Translations under genes and position numbers: made by a program
Origin: Callorhinchus milii
Taxonomy: Eukaryota
Length of the DNA stretch: 64,000 nt
NCBI RefSeq assembly: GCF_018977255.1
Contig: NW_024704742.1
Coordinates: 34,102,001-34,166,000, forward strand
Reading direction: 5' to 3'
In this document: piece after piece, positions 25,253-38,895 of the stretch
Position numbering within the stretch: position 1 is the stretch's first letter
How the letters are laid out: the number at the start of each line of letters is the position of its first letter
The notes under the pieces: model-generated
Databases searched by the model: none
Told to the model about the DNA's origin: nothing
What the model saw: only the letters and a program-made list of their open reading frames with translations

Positions 25253-26327
25253 CAAGGTAATGTATCTAATGACACCTAATTCATCAATGAAGCAGGACAC
25301 AAGACTGACAGGCTTTCACTGGGACAGAGTGCGCTGACACATATGGGTTTTAAGTAGGTTTAGGAAGAGCTGTGAGCAACGGTGTTTGTTTCAGAGAGAA
25401 CCAATGGAAGAGGAGGGTGTTATGTTTTTAAATATTTTTAGATATTTTGAGATTCAAATTACATTATGGTAATGTGCATTACAAGTGTACCTGCCCCGAT
25501 ATCACACATGTTACTTGAGACCAAAGATTTGTGAAACCATACACTGTTTCCATTAAATCTATTCCCAGAAATGCAGTTGATAGGTTATTTATGTACATGG
25601 TTCCATGTGACAAATAAATTAATAAGGTCCAACAGTTTTTGACCATAACCACATTCACTTCACTTTCAAATACAACACACAGTGATTCAGTAGATAAATC
25701 AAGGAGCTCAATTCCTTAGTTGAGGAATCTACTTTAAACTCATTGTGTTTTCGATCACATTTTTATTAACCTCAAGTGAAACAATAGCAGAACAGCATGG
25801 ATCCATGCCAGGTGTAAAAGAGCTGGATAAACCTGAGCCCATATATTATACAAGTATTGTAATATCAATGATGTATTGTAATATCACCAAGTGCAAGTTG
25901 CTGTTGTTGTTGATGTAGATATTGATATGCTTGGTTTTTAACATAAGATATACAGTCCCATCATTCCCCAAATTCAAGAAACTGGTTTCATCCATGTAGT
26001 ATAGAGGCTTGATAGAATTGGACTATACACCTTCTAGTACTACAGGTTACAAAGTAAGAATCTCAGGATGAATGGATCCGCAGCCATGTTGGTCAGGCTC
26101 AATGCTGTGCTGCTATGATGAGTCGGCCACTGTATTTAGAGTTCTCAGTCGTGCTATCCTCCTCCCATTCCTCATATAGATCTGAATTGACTATGATCTG
26201 TACTTCATTACTTTCATTGCACAACTATTTTTTGCTCCAAGAATTTGCAGAAGCATCGGAAATCCATCTGAGTGGCTTCAGAAAGTAGAGCAATGTAATG
26301 CCTCCTCTTGGCCGGAGTTACACTTAC

Positions 26328-26379
26328 TCCTCCTCGTAAATCATATTGTCCTCCTCATTATCACTTGCAGGACTTTCTT
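26328..26379 (-). other. candidate 52-nt internal exon (xESPASDNEEDNMIYEEx) of an unidentified gene
   Basis: Minus strand reads ttacattgcag|AAGAAAGTCCTGCAAGTGATAATGAGGAGGACAATATGATTTACGAGGAGGA|gtaagtg; one open frame; no recognised homology. Confidence 0.2.
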
Positions 26380-26796
26380 CTGCAATGTAAGATACAAAGC
26401 CTCATGGTAAGGCACTTATTGACCTTACTGAATGGTAACATGTCAGTACAAATGTAATACCAAACTACAAATGTTTAGTCTCATAGGGTCTCTCAAATTA
26501 AATGAAAGTGTGAGGATTTATTTATCTGCTCCCTAATGTAGCTTCCTTTATCATTCAGTAGAAGTGTAAAAAAATGTTAATGTGCCGATAAATTTCACTC
26601 ACTGGCAATTTCATACGGAAACTGCTGCAAAATACTTTGCTAATTAAAACCAGATAGGTTTTTCTCCTGGGTTGGTCCAGCATAACGAAAGAAACAGAAA
26701 AGGATATATTGCTGCTCATATGCTCTTCTTAGGTACAGTGTGTATTAAGCAGAAAAAGGGTTATTAGTTTGAATTGCCATCTCAACTTTTAGCCCA

Positions 26797-26868
26797 CAAC
26801 AACAACAACAACAACAAGATTTCATTTATAGAGCGCCTTTCACGTCGGGTGGACGTCCCAAGGCGCTG
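26797..26868 (-). mobile_element. ~70-bp L2 terminal fragment (stem-loop plus tail only)
   Basis: (CAA)n-GATTTCATTTATAGAGCGCCTTTCACGTCGGGTGGACGTCCCAAGGCGCTG. Confidence 0.85.
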
Positions 26869-27632
26869 ATAAGAATATTCCTTAAAATTTAAGATCTCAT
26901 AGAACTGTGGAAACTTCTTAAATTCACTCTTAATTTGGTAGCCATTTTCTGCAGTTCTTAAAATTTTTTTGAATTAAGATTGAATTGACGAATTTTTCAT
27001 GATTTTACACAATCTTAACTTTTAAGGCAAAGTGGTCTTACAGGCTTTAAATCCAGGTGAAGTTTCAGGTCTTGCCCTACAGTCTACGGAGCCTTTGAAA
27101 ATAATTAAACATTTTATCAGTGCCTATTGCTGGCAAAGGACACACAAATGGATCACATTATTTTCACTCATTATGAATTGCTACATCCATTGCCTTGACA
27201 GAATTACATCTTCTACTTTTCATTTGTAAGATCCAGAAATCTTCCAGTTTCAGAGACAATGGAGTCTTACAGAATGTAACAAGCTTCCCTGCATAAAGTG
27301 AGACTGAACATATTTTGATTGTCTAATTTCTGACCAGCCTGGATGTAAAACCAATTCATGACTGTTTTGTTTTACAATATATCACTGGTACACAGCTTGT
27401 GAAAGGTTTTTAAGAGAACAGATTTTTTTTTCTATTTCAACTGCTCAATTCAATTACAGTTCTCCCAACATCCGTCAAATCCACAAATATCATTCTCAGT
27501 GAAAAAACAGCCCTTTTCAGCCATAAGCAAGTTAACTTCACTTGGATTGGTCTCATTGAGATCATTTGTAGGTCTTACAGAATTTAAGTCTTATTATTGT
27601 TAAGACCATTAAGTAATTAATTTAGTGGTCTT

Positions 27633-28030
27633 AATAATAATAATAATAATAATCCTTGCAGTGGATATAGGGCCTTATCACATCATTGAAATGTCACAAT
27701 GTGCTTCACAGGATTTACTGTGGAGTGTAATAACTGGGTATTTTGTTGGCGAATGTGTCAGTCAATTTGTTCACAGCAATTTTTCTCAAACAGCCATGAA
27801 GTAAATTATTAATTTTATCAGGGGAATTGTTGGCCAGCACACTGGGAGAAACTCTTGAATAGAGTCAGAGAATCTTTGATGTCTACATGAACAGGCAGAT
27901 GGGATATCAGTTTAATGCCTCATCTGAAGAACGGCACCTCTGACAATGCAGCGCTCCTCCTCCCTGCAGTGCAGTGGACTGTCAGCGTAGACTCTGAACT
28001 GAAAATTATGATGTGGGGCTTGAACCCATG
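27633..28030 (-). mobile_element. SINE-A copy
   Basis: (AAT)n-CCTTGCA...TGAACAGGCAGATGGG...TCATCTGAAGAACGGCACCTCTGACAATGCAGC...GGGGCTTGAACCCA. Confidence 0.85.
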
Positions 28031-29009
28031 ATCAAACTAACTGCACTGATCGAGGACAAAATCATGGGCCTTCTTGTGCTTGTGGTTGAGTTTTACACCA
28101 GGTAGTATTTAAACTGAGCAATCAAGAGAGCTTTTGAATACATGTTTTTCTTATCCACTGGTTTCTCATTTGCAACATTTAAAGGAACGGACTGGGACTA
28201 CTTTGGTTAATCAATGGAGCAATCCAACCAAGGTTCAGCTGACAGAATTGTATCTTGTTTGATGGTAGTTTACAGTTGTAGCTCCTTGGATAATTGGACC
28301 TGCAAACATTTACAAGATTATTAAATACCTCTTAAAACCAGTAGATCAAGAAAGAATTAAAGTAGAGAGTGTGCCCTTTTAGTGTCTGTTAATGATAAAG
28401 TAACTTTATGTTCTTGTAAAACCTAACAGCATTAATGAATAACAGAGCCAGTAATTTAAATAAACCTGTATGTTAACATGGGCTTGGATATGTGTTGTGG
28501 GGAAAGCAAATCTAGTAAAGGTAAGAACACAGTCTTTGATTTGTAGAGTGCAGAATATTTCCACACCTCCACAATTGGCTTGGATTATACAGATCTGCCT
28601 AGCCTGTCAGGCATGTGTTTTTAGAGACACTTTAGTCCTTCACATTCAGTGGTTTGAAAGGAGACACCTCATATCCAAGCCCATGTTAACATTGGCGCTT
28701 ATTTAAATTTTGTTGTCATAGTGATATCCACCATCAGCAACGTTCCTGCACTAGTATGCGAGCAGGAAGTAACATTAGCAGAGCTTCTATACATTGTGAA
28801 CTTGTGCAATACATACACAAAATGACATCAAGAGTGCTCAATACAATGTGCAGCAAGGGACATCGGTGGTGACTCAATGACCCAGGAGTTGGCTACGTTT
28901 TAGAACAGAAAACCTAACTGGAAGTTAGGTGTACTGTGTTTCCGATTAAAACAGGCCCACAATAGAACACCCAAAAGCTTTTTATTTTGGTCACTTGCAT
29001 ATACCCATG

Positions 29010-29427
29010 ATGGCTCCTGTAAGTCACTGGTTGGAGCACTCACCTCGCAAGCGAGAGACCTGGGTTCTGTTCCCGGCAGGGCAAAATGCTGGGCAAGTTT
29101 CCTTACTCCACATGCCTCTGTTTACCTAGCAGTAAGTAGGAACCCGGTTGTTAGTTGATTGGCGGATTGCTTTTCTGATCATAATAATCCCACAAAAAAC
29201 AATAATAAATTGGTCACTCAATCCACGACTGTTTGTGAGACACTACTGTGCGCAATTGGCTGCCGCGTTTTGCCCACAAAATATACAGTCGATTCACTTT
29301 ACAGCATATTCTGTGAAGCGCTTTGAGACGTCTAGAAAACGTGAAAAGCGCTATATCAAATGCAAGGATTATTATTATTATTATTATTTTAATTATTATT
29401 ATTATCATTAATATTATTATTATTATA
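29010..29427 (+). mobile_element. SINE-B full-length copy (reference copy in this window)
   Basis: tRNA-like head, GGGCAAGTTTCCTTACTCCACATGCCTCTGTTTACCTAGCAGTAAGTAGGAACCCGG, 3' half shared with SINE-A, stem-loop tail and long (ATT)n. Confidence 0.92.
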
Positions 29428-30329
29428 TGTTTGCCTCCTACACATGGAAATTTCTGTGTGCCTGGAATGGAATGTGCAGTCTCTCTCTGGAGGGATGCAC
29501 TCTGTTTACCTAATTCTGGAGAGTATTTTTGGGAGTAAGTGGAGAGTAATAGGCAAGAGTCAAGGCATGGGTATCCCAGAGTCTGAGTTGGGGTACTCCA
29601 GTTGAGTCTGCTGGAGTTTAACCATCTGAAACTATACAACTTGCCATTGAGACTGCACTTCCTTGTGAGCTTCCTGCTGCTTAGAAACAAAATCCTTGCA
29701 TTCGAAATAGTGCCTTATCATGTCTTTGTGACGTCTCAAAGCACTTCACGAGATATACTGTAAAGTGAATTGACTGTATATTTTGTAGGCGAAAATATTT
29801 TGTGGTTTCCAGCTGGAACCACCTTGCCTAAAAGGAATTACTTTTAAGAGAAAGATATCTACTTAAAAAAATTGAAATGTGTCTCTTCCAGCATGCTGCA
29901 CATGAAATAACACCACCAATGATCTGATTACCAAAAGGTCTTTTGGCTTTCCGTCTACTAAAAAATAGCCGACTTCCATGTCATCAGATAACTGTCAATG
30001 TCACTTTCCGGCTTCCCATTCACTGGCTGGCAAAATCGATGGAGCTGCTTAGGTATCTGAACACATGTATAGTGAATGCAAAAATTATGCCTGGTAATTT
30101 TGATCTGTTATAGAGCTGGTTGGAATTTTATGGAGTCCAACTGCTACTTTATATTGGGAGAAATATTTATATTTACTTATATTCACCCACAAAATATACA
30201 GTCAATTCACGTTACAGTATATTCTGTGAAGTGCTTTGAGATGCCTAGAAGACATGATAAGGTGCTATATCAAATGCAAATATTATTATGCAGGATTATT
30301 ATTGTATATATACTTCATATTCTACAATT

Positions 30330-30660
30330 GTGCAGTGTAATGTAATGATTAGACCGCTTGCCTCACAAATGAGAGGACTTGGGTTTGATTCCCAGCAGAG
30401 CAAAATTTTAAGCAGGCTTCCTTACTTCACACAACTCTGCAATAAGTAGGAACCTGGGTTATCAGTCAATTGGCAGATCGCTTTTCCAGGGGTAATAATC
30501 CTTTATGGTTTTCGTTTATGGTATTTCAATGTTCAATTTCTATACTTCACCCACAAAATTACAGTCAATTCAATTCACTTTACAATATATTCTGTGAAGC
30601 ATATCTTCTCAAAAACGTGATAAGGCGCTATAACAAATGTAAGGATTATTATTATGCTTT
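30330..30660 (+). mobile_element. SINE-B copy, degraded (preceded by a tail fragment at ~30183-30305)
   Basis: GGACTTGGGTTTGATTCCCAGCAG...AAGTAGGAACCTGGG...CACCCACAAAATTACAGTCAATT...GGATTATT. Confidence 0.75.
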
Positions 30661-33600
30661 ATATGCATTCTACTATAGCTTGAAATCGCAACAACTTGCA
30701 GCACTTATAGCTGTATAAGGGTGATCTAAGGATTGTTTTTTACTCTCTATCTAGGACCATTACATCAAATGTATTATTTTAATAAAAAAAACAGTGGAAT
30801 GGTCAGATGATACAGGTTTGCCTCACTCCGCTAATAACTAACCTATGAGCACTGCCACAGGGTTTCAGGTCGACCCTAGCAATATCAAAGTATACATTGC
30901 TGTGGTCAAAAAGTGACAATCATCAAGATAGCTGCTTTAAGCCATGGCTAGAGAACTAATTGCTGACGTTTATGTGATGCGGGGCATCCTGGGTACGTGG
31001 AAGTGGTCTCACATGCAGGAAAAACTATCGTGTTCAGTGGTCAAGCTGGCTTTATGGTTAGGTACTTGTATGCCAAATGAAGATGCCAGACAGGACAAAC
31101 CATTCCATTCTGGCTCATTCAGTTTAATGCGACTGCAGAAGTTCCTCAGGAATTTTCTTCCTCGTGGTATGACTATGATGCGCCTCTGGCAATTTGAATG
31201 TTTTATTTAATAAAGTGGGATTTTGTATTGTTTTCATTTCATTACATTCAGTCTGAGCAACAGTGAGCTGTTGCTTCAGATGCAAAGCTTTTGTCATGGT
31301 CTGTCAAATGTAGAGACTTTAACCCTGTGAGTAATGGCCATGGTTTCCAGTGGCCAACATCTGCCAAAAAGATTTTGTGACTTTCCAATTGCTGTTATAA
31401 ATCACAACTGTCACATATGTCATGTTCTGCAGGTAGAAACAGAATCTTATAAACTGAGCTGTTTCTGAAGTTCTCAAAAATTCATTCTGTCCTTCGTACA
31501 TTAAAAAAAGAGCTTGGAGCAAATGCATTCAATTGATTTCTGAGACCTCTGTTGAACAAATACCAAACTTTCTTGCATTATTTTGTGTAGTAGAACATTG
31601 TTTTTGATGCATCCTGCTATGCCTTGGTGTATTTCAGTGAGATTGTCCCTTTCTGTTACATAAAGTGAATTTACTGCAAAAACTTAAGCAAGGTGCAGAC
31701 TTTAATCATAAAAATGTGAAAAACCTGCAATATTTATAGTATAAAGGATAAACATCCCGGTAGTGTGTTCATAGCTGATTTTCTGATACCTGAAGAAGCT
31801 ATTCAAGCCAAGCACTAAAAGGTTATAGAATAATCACAATCTCTTCATTGTATTTCATGTATAATTCAACAGACAGGCTAGACAACAGATCCCATTAACA
31901 GTAGCAACAACTTCCTCGAACCTAACCCAAAACATACCTTTTTGATCGCGCTTTCGGTCATCTTTCCTCTCCCCAACTCCCCTTGCTCTCATCCCAAGCT
32001 CAGGGACCTTTCCAGCTTGTTAAGTGCTTTGAGACTTCTTCCTGACATGATAGATCCTGTACAAAATGTAAATTTGTATTATAATTGTATTGTATTGAAA
32101 GCAGCATTAGTTATATAGGATTGTAGCAAGTACTTATTTATATAAGATTGTAGAAAGTACTTCCTTTAACCAACGCTAGCAGGGATCACATGAGCTGATA
32201 TTTCAGTGAAATTAGTGTAATTTACCAAATCGTTTGCAGTGAACGCGAATGTACATTTATAATTAATCCACATGCCAAGCCAGTGGCTTGACCCTGGGCA
32301 AGTAAATTTGGGCTGGAATGTGTTAAGCGGCAGTGACACATTCAGGGGATTCAGATCATGTCATTACTGAAGTTCAAGCAATATAACAATGACATCTGTT
32401 GCCAAGAATCTACTTTATGGAAATTTAGACTGAATTCAAACACATTTTATTCTACGCAGTATATACATATACCTAAGAAGCATTTGCTAGAGTGGGGCGG
32501 GGGGGAGAGAGAGCTGTGTCACTGATTTCCATTGACTTATATTACTTCTCTCACCACTCCAAATGAGTCATGTTCCTGTCTCTAGTACCTCCAGTTGTTT
32601 TTACTCACCTTCCTTTTCCCTTCATCTTCTATTTAAAGCCGCATTCCTTCCATGTTGTCTTTCTCTGTATAGTCAGCAGTTCCCCTGTAGTAATTGTACT
32701 ACTTTGTTTGAATTTAATTTCCTTCTGGAAACACTCTTTAAACTTAGTTTAAACATCTTTCCTGCATTCCATGTCCCACCTCGCTTTTGTGGTTGTATCA
32801 CATATTATGATTTTCCACTCTGCCTTACGCCTTATCGTGTGTCTGTTTTGTGTGCCTGCCTGACAGTGCACATGAAGAATACATTTTCCTGTAATGCAGA
32901 GCAGCTCATTTAAAAGAAAGGGTAGGCCGGTGTCAAGCAAAAAATGCAGAGGCATATGCCGTTCTGTCTTAGTGTTTCCTGTGGACTTGTATGTACATGA
33001 GTACTTGTTTTATGAAATGTATTTGTCGTGTTGAACACTGAATGAATCATGTGGCTGAAACGGCAATGTTATTGCTCCTTGTGAGACTTAATGCAGTGAC
33101 CCAGCTTTTCTTTCATTGAATTGTAGGAACCAATATGCCCCTTGGATATATTACAGCCTTGTGATAGACTGCCCCTAGCCACTCATTATTTTTTATAAGA
33201 TACATTAAGGGACTTGTATTTCCCAGTGATGAACTCTCAAATAAAATGCTTAAGTCATGTGGTTATATTCATGATTCAATTTCATAATCGCTCAGCTCTC
33301 TCCTTTCTAAGCTTTTAAATATCTTCCTCCAGAAAATAGTTTGAGTTTATATTGTAGCGAATAAATAGTATTTGGGAGTGTGTTTCTAGCAAATAGGACA
33401 ATTTGGAATTTATACAATAGTTATTAATCATCACTGCCGCCATTGATGATGCAAAAAAAATTGGTTATTCATTTCATAGCTATATATGGGACATTGCTGT
33501 GTGCAAATTTGCTACTGAGTTCCCTGACAACATACAGTCACTACACTTGACAATAAATCCTGTGAAGTACTTTGACATATCCTCTCAACATGAAATGCAA

Positions 33601-34449
33601 GGATTATTTTTATCATTATATTATTATAAAATTGGTCATTCCCTACATGGATGTATGCAGGACATTGTTGTGTGCAAATTGGCTTTTGTATTCCCCAACA
33701 AATATGCACATTGCATGAAAATCAATCAAGAATTATTTCTGACGCAGGAATATAATTTATTTTCATTGAAAAAGAGATGCAGAATTCCACCTAGTCCTAT
33801 AAGACCACTTTTGTCTTAAAAAGTAAGGTTGTGCAGAATTATTGAAAAATCTTAAATTCAGTCTAAATTGGAAAGTTTGCTCCTGGCTGTCGAAATTGTC
33901 ACAAAAATATACATTTAATATTTTAGACCTATTCTATGTTTTATAAAATACTAGATACTGGAGATCAAGTTTCAGGCAGTAACCTCATTGTGGGTTCACC
34001 CTTCAATGGTCATGCAGTTTATGATGTTATCCGAGCCCCTTGATTAGATTACAGTCATGTCACTATGTGCAGAGTATCCATTATTTTACATGTCTAACCA
34101 TATCAAAACTTGTCCCATTGCAGCTTGTACACTGCAATATAAATTCATTCTATTCAAACATTGGAAAACAACGGTTGTAATGCAGACTAAATCCTGGCAT
34201 TTGTCCAACATTGCAATTTGGTCTGCAACTTACCATTGCCAGAATGGAAGTGGTTAGGACAGGAGATAGGAACTCTTTGATACATTTGGAGGACCAAGAG
34301 TCCTAGATTCTTTGGCCTGAGCAAATCATTGTACTCCTTTCGGTTGAGAAGCTTCAGGGTTTTTCAGCTGTTAGACCTTTGCTCAAGAAAACTGAAGCTG
34401 GATTTGCCTTAGCTACCCATGAGAGCAACACCATCCAAAAAGCTACAAA

Positions 34450-35170
34450 CTCCCCCTCTTTGATGGTGGGGCCGGCAGGGCGGGGACATGAAACACTCTA
34501 ATGCCTTCTGATTGGAGAGAATGGGTGGGTTGGTAGAGTTTTAGAAAGCAATGAGGTAGTGTGGGGCAAGACCATGAAAAGATTTAAACGTGAGGATGAG
34601 GATCTTGAATTCAGTTCTCCAGCCAAGGGGAGCCAGTGGAGCTGGGTGAGGATGGGGGTGATCGGCTCACGGAGATTGGTAGAGTTCTGAATGGACTGCA
34701 GCTTGTGAAGGGAATAGTAAGAAAGTTTGGCGAGCAGAGAGTTGGCGTAGTCAAGACTAGACATGATAAAAGCATGGATAGGGGGCCTCAGTGGCCCGAG
34801 GGAAGGTAGGCAATGTTGTAGAAATGGGGCAAATCTGAATGGGTCAAGGCACAAGTGTGTGGGGTTTAAAGGAGAGTTGAGAGCTGAAGAAGACACCGAG
34901 TTTCCACACTGGCTCAATGAGGTGGAATGTGCATCCCTGTTGATTGATGCTGTCACTGCCAGAGGTGAGAAGTTGCTGACAGGAACCAAGCAGGAGGGCC
35001 TAAGTCTTGTCAACATTTAACTGGAGAAAATTAGCTGTTTTCCAGGACTTGATGTCTGACAGACATTCGGTCAAGACAGCAGTTGTGGAAGCAGAGAGAT
35101 AGAGTTAGGTATCATCTACATATATATGGAAGTTAACCCCATACCTGTGGAATGACATGATGGAGCAGAA
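34450..35170 (-). mobile_element. old L2 ORF2 fragment including the RT catalytic region
   Basis: Minus strand reads GVNFHIYVDDT*LYLS (~35095-35142), IHAFIMSSLDYANSLLA, ITPILTQLHWLP. Confidence 0.85.
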
Positions 35171-35261
35171 GTCTGTAAATATTAGAGAGGAAAGAAAGCA
35201 AAGACTCAACATACATCTCAAAACTCCAAGATGTGACTGAAGTCCTTAACAACTGGGGATG

Positions 35262-35567
<306 letters not shown>

Positions 35568-35929
35568 GGTTAGTGAAGTACGTTCAGGAAGGAATAATTC
35601 ATTGAGGTTATTGCCAACAGATAGTCTATCACTGCTTCATACAGATGCCAGTTTATGAATTTAATATTGAAAAAGAGTTTTTATCTATGTCAAACTTTAG
35701 GTACAAATGGGAGTACTGGAAGATAACTTCCCAATATTGTATTTACTCTTTCATGGCAAGAGATTGTAAAATATCCATGATCAACATAGAGTAACATATA
35801 AAATCAATTGCAAAAATAGTTTGATAGAGATCAATGTCATTTAAAATGACATTGAATCTATTGCAAAATGTTACACTTTTCTCTCTATTTAATCATTTGG
35901 AAACAAAACAGAGTTTCTTGTTTAAAATT

Positions 35930-36760
35930 AAATAATAATAATCCTCACATTTGATATAGCTCCTTTTGTGTCAGGAGGATGTCTCAAAGCATTTCACAGG
36001 ATTGACTATAGAGTGTAGTGACTGTGTTTTGTAGACAAAATGTGACAGAGTGTGTATTCTGTGGGTGGATGTGGCAGCCAATTTGTGCACAGCAGTGTCC
36101 CGCAAACAGCCATGAAATGAATGACCAATTTTATTTAGGGAATTGTTGGCTTGGACACCAAGAGAATCTCCTTTCTTGTTTTAAAAAGTGCCCTAGGATC
36201 TTTAATGTCAATATCCTACTTCAACAGGCAGATGGGAACATGGATGAACGCCTTGATCATGCTTTCTCTCCCCGGCTTGGTATCAAGCTCTGGGATGTTG
36301 AGTGTATATGAAGTGTTCTGAGTTGCTACCCACTTGAAGGATGTTATAAAAATGCGAGGTCCTGTTGTTGTATCCTCCTCACTTGAAGGATGGCATCTCC
36401 ATCAATTTACATCTTTTCACAACATCAAAGTGTTCCCAAATCATTGTAAAATGGAAAATAAGATAATAACAATAATAATCCTTGAATTTGACATAGGGCC
36501 TTATCATGTTATTGACACATCTCAAAGTGCTTCACAGGATATACTGTGAAATGGATTGACTGTATATTTTGTGAGTGAAGCACGGCAGCCCGTTGCACAT
36601 TGCAAGGTCCCACAAACAGCCATTGAGTGAGTGACTAATTTTATTTGGGGGATTGTTGCACAGGACACCTGGAGAAATTCCCTTCTCTTTTCAACTAGCG
36701 CCATGGGATCTTTAACATCCACCTGAATAGGCATTTAACATCTCATCTGAAGGATGTTAT
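35930..36760 (-). mobile_element. two adjacent SINE-A copies (~35930-36400, with a plus-strand L2-like tail inserted at ~36240-36372, and ~36462-36760)
   Basis: Two (AAT)n-CCT..ATTTGA tails, each followed by CAAACAGCCAT...GGATCTTTAA. Confidence 0.75.
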
Positions 36761-38521
36761 CCACCTCTTCTGACTCTTTTTCTTCTCCACATAACAGTTT
36801 GTAAAGCACGTTTGCATGTTGGCAGTATCCCTTTGAATAACCGTTAAGAGTGAAACTCACTATCTTATTGGACTGAAATGAATGAAGGTAAACACGGAAG
36901 CCTGGTGTGGCTGTATCATACAGAATAAGAAGGGCAGCTCAGAGTTTCCAGAAACCATCTTTGTTAAACCTAATGACAGGCTCAGGAAACCTAACACTGA
37001 AGTGAAAGGATGAGAAATGTCAAATACCATGAAGAGGACTTAACATGCCAGATCACCCTGCAGGAACAGACACTATGTCATGCTGGATGGAGTGCAGTGC
37101 AGCAACAGTAGTAGCAGCAGTCATCATGTGCCCGGCCAAAAGAATTAGAAGATTTCTGTTCCAACGTTTGTCCCTGAGAAGGTCTGTCAACAGCTACCTT
37201 GTAAAAATATTACATGCCATATAGGGAGAACATATCTTGGCTCACATTAATACGAAGTAACATAAGACTGGTAAGGATGTGCGTAAGGATGTGCAGGATT
37301 AGATGAACTGCAGACTGAAGACAACATGGATTGCAGCAGTCAGGCCTTTTCAGATGTGGTGACATGCATCTTGGATCTTTATTTCCAAGTGAAAGAGCAA
37401 GAATTCTTTATCACGCATATTGTTTGAGCAAGCGCTCTTCCTCATCTGTGTCACCTTTGTCACAGACAATTTTGCAGCTGCTGGCAGAATTTGTCACTGT
37501 GGTGCATCTGAATAAGAAGGTTAAGTTGCAAGATTCCAGAACCATGCAAGCTAAAGACTTTGGTGATGGAAATAAATTCAGATGAACAGCAATGGGATAT
37601 AAAGAGCTATCTGCAGTACTGGGGTGAACTGAGTAACATACATGTGATTCAGAAACAAACCAGGGAAAGCAATGACACTTTTATTGATGCCCAAATAGTT
37701 CAGAGGTAGGAAATCTGACAGTAGTTTATATAAATTGTGACTGACGTAAGTGGCGCGGAAAAGCTGCTGTTTTGACCAATATAACAGTCACTACATGTTA
37801 TATTTACTACATTTAGCAACATGTTTGCTAAATGATTTGAGTCATTTTGATGTTATAAGTAGGGCTGCTTGTTTTCTATTTCTAATTTTTTAATTAATAT
37901 CTTCCAGTTATTTTACATTGTTAGTGATCTTATCAACTGGTAAAATGTTCAACATCTGGGTTGTAAGGTTACCATGGAGTTACTTCCTACTTTTAAGCAC
38001 ATACATATGAAGTAATATCTGTGGTGACATCACAACATGGAGAATGATAAAAAATGTTAAAATAAGGTTTAATGATGGAAATTCATTTAATTAATTTTTA
38101 TTCAATTTGGAGAAAATGCTGAACTTTACAGATTTTAGAATTAAAACCATGAAGATATAAGGAACTATACCAAATTCAAAATAATAACAATATTATTATT
38201 TATCTTCAGAAATTGTTGACTGATTTCTTTTTTGCAGCGAAGACTTCCTGTAATGTTTGCTATATTATTACTTGGTATCAATATAAGTAATAATTATGGG
38301 TGGGTGGGGGAGAACAAGAGGGTGCTATCTAAAGGAGAAGAGTCAAATTTTAGTTAGTAATAAATACTTTAACACATCATTAGAAACCAACAACTGCTCT
38401 CCTTGTTTCCTTAACAATATTATCCTTCCCTCAGCAATCTCCTCCAACCCTATTCTGTCCATATTTTCCACTCTTCTGATCAACTGTTTGTTCAAAATAA
38501 ATAATCTGACCCACTCTTTGT

Positions 38522-38895
38522 TAATAATAAATAATCCTTGATTTAATGTAGTGCCTTATCATATGTGTCTCAAAAAGTCTTCACAAGATTTACTGTAAAG
38601 TGTAGTGACTGTGTATTTATAGACAGCAGCCAAGTGGCACACATGAAGTGAATGACTAATTTTGTCCAGGGGATTGTTGGCTAATTGAGAGATACTCCCT
38701 TTCTTTCAAATATTGCCATGAGATATTTAACATTCAGCTGAACAGGTGGATGGAATCTATGTTTAACTTCTCATCTAAAGGACTGCATTGGAATATCAGC
38801 CTAGGCTATGAACTCAAAGTTTAATGTGGGGCTTAAACCGATGTCCTAATTTAGAGGACAAAGTGGGAGCTCTACCAACTGAACCAGGCTGACAC
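38522..38895 (-). mobile_element. SINE-A copy (second partial copy at ~38925-39090)
   Basis: Runs from tail to head CCAACTGAACCAGGCTGACAC, colinear with 42155-42602. Confidence 0.8.

Noticed and set aside
29148..29690. ORFs with poly-Y or poly-I runs (also 47375-47593, poly-Q 10934-11254, REEKR 57194-57454)
   Set aside because: Translations of (ATT)n, (CAA)n and (CTTCT)n repeats within SINE/LINE tails or microsatellites.
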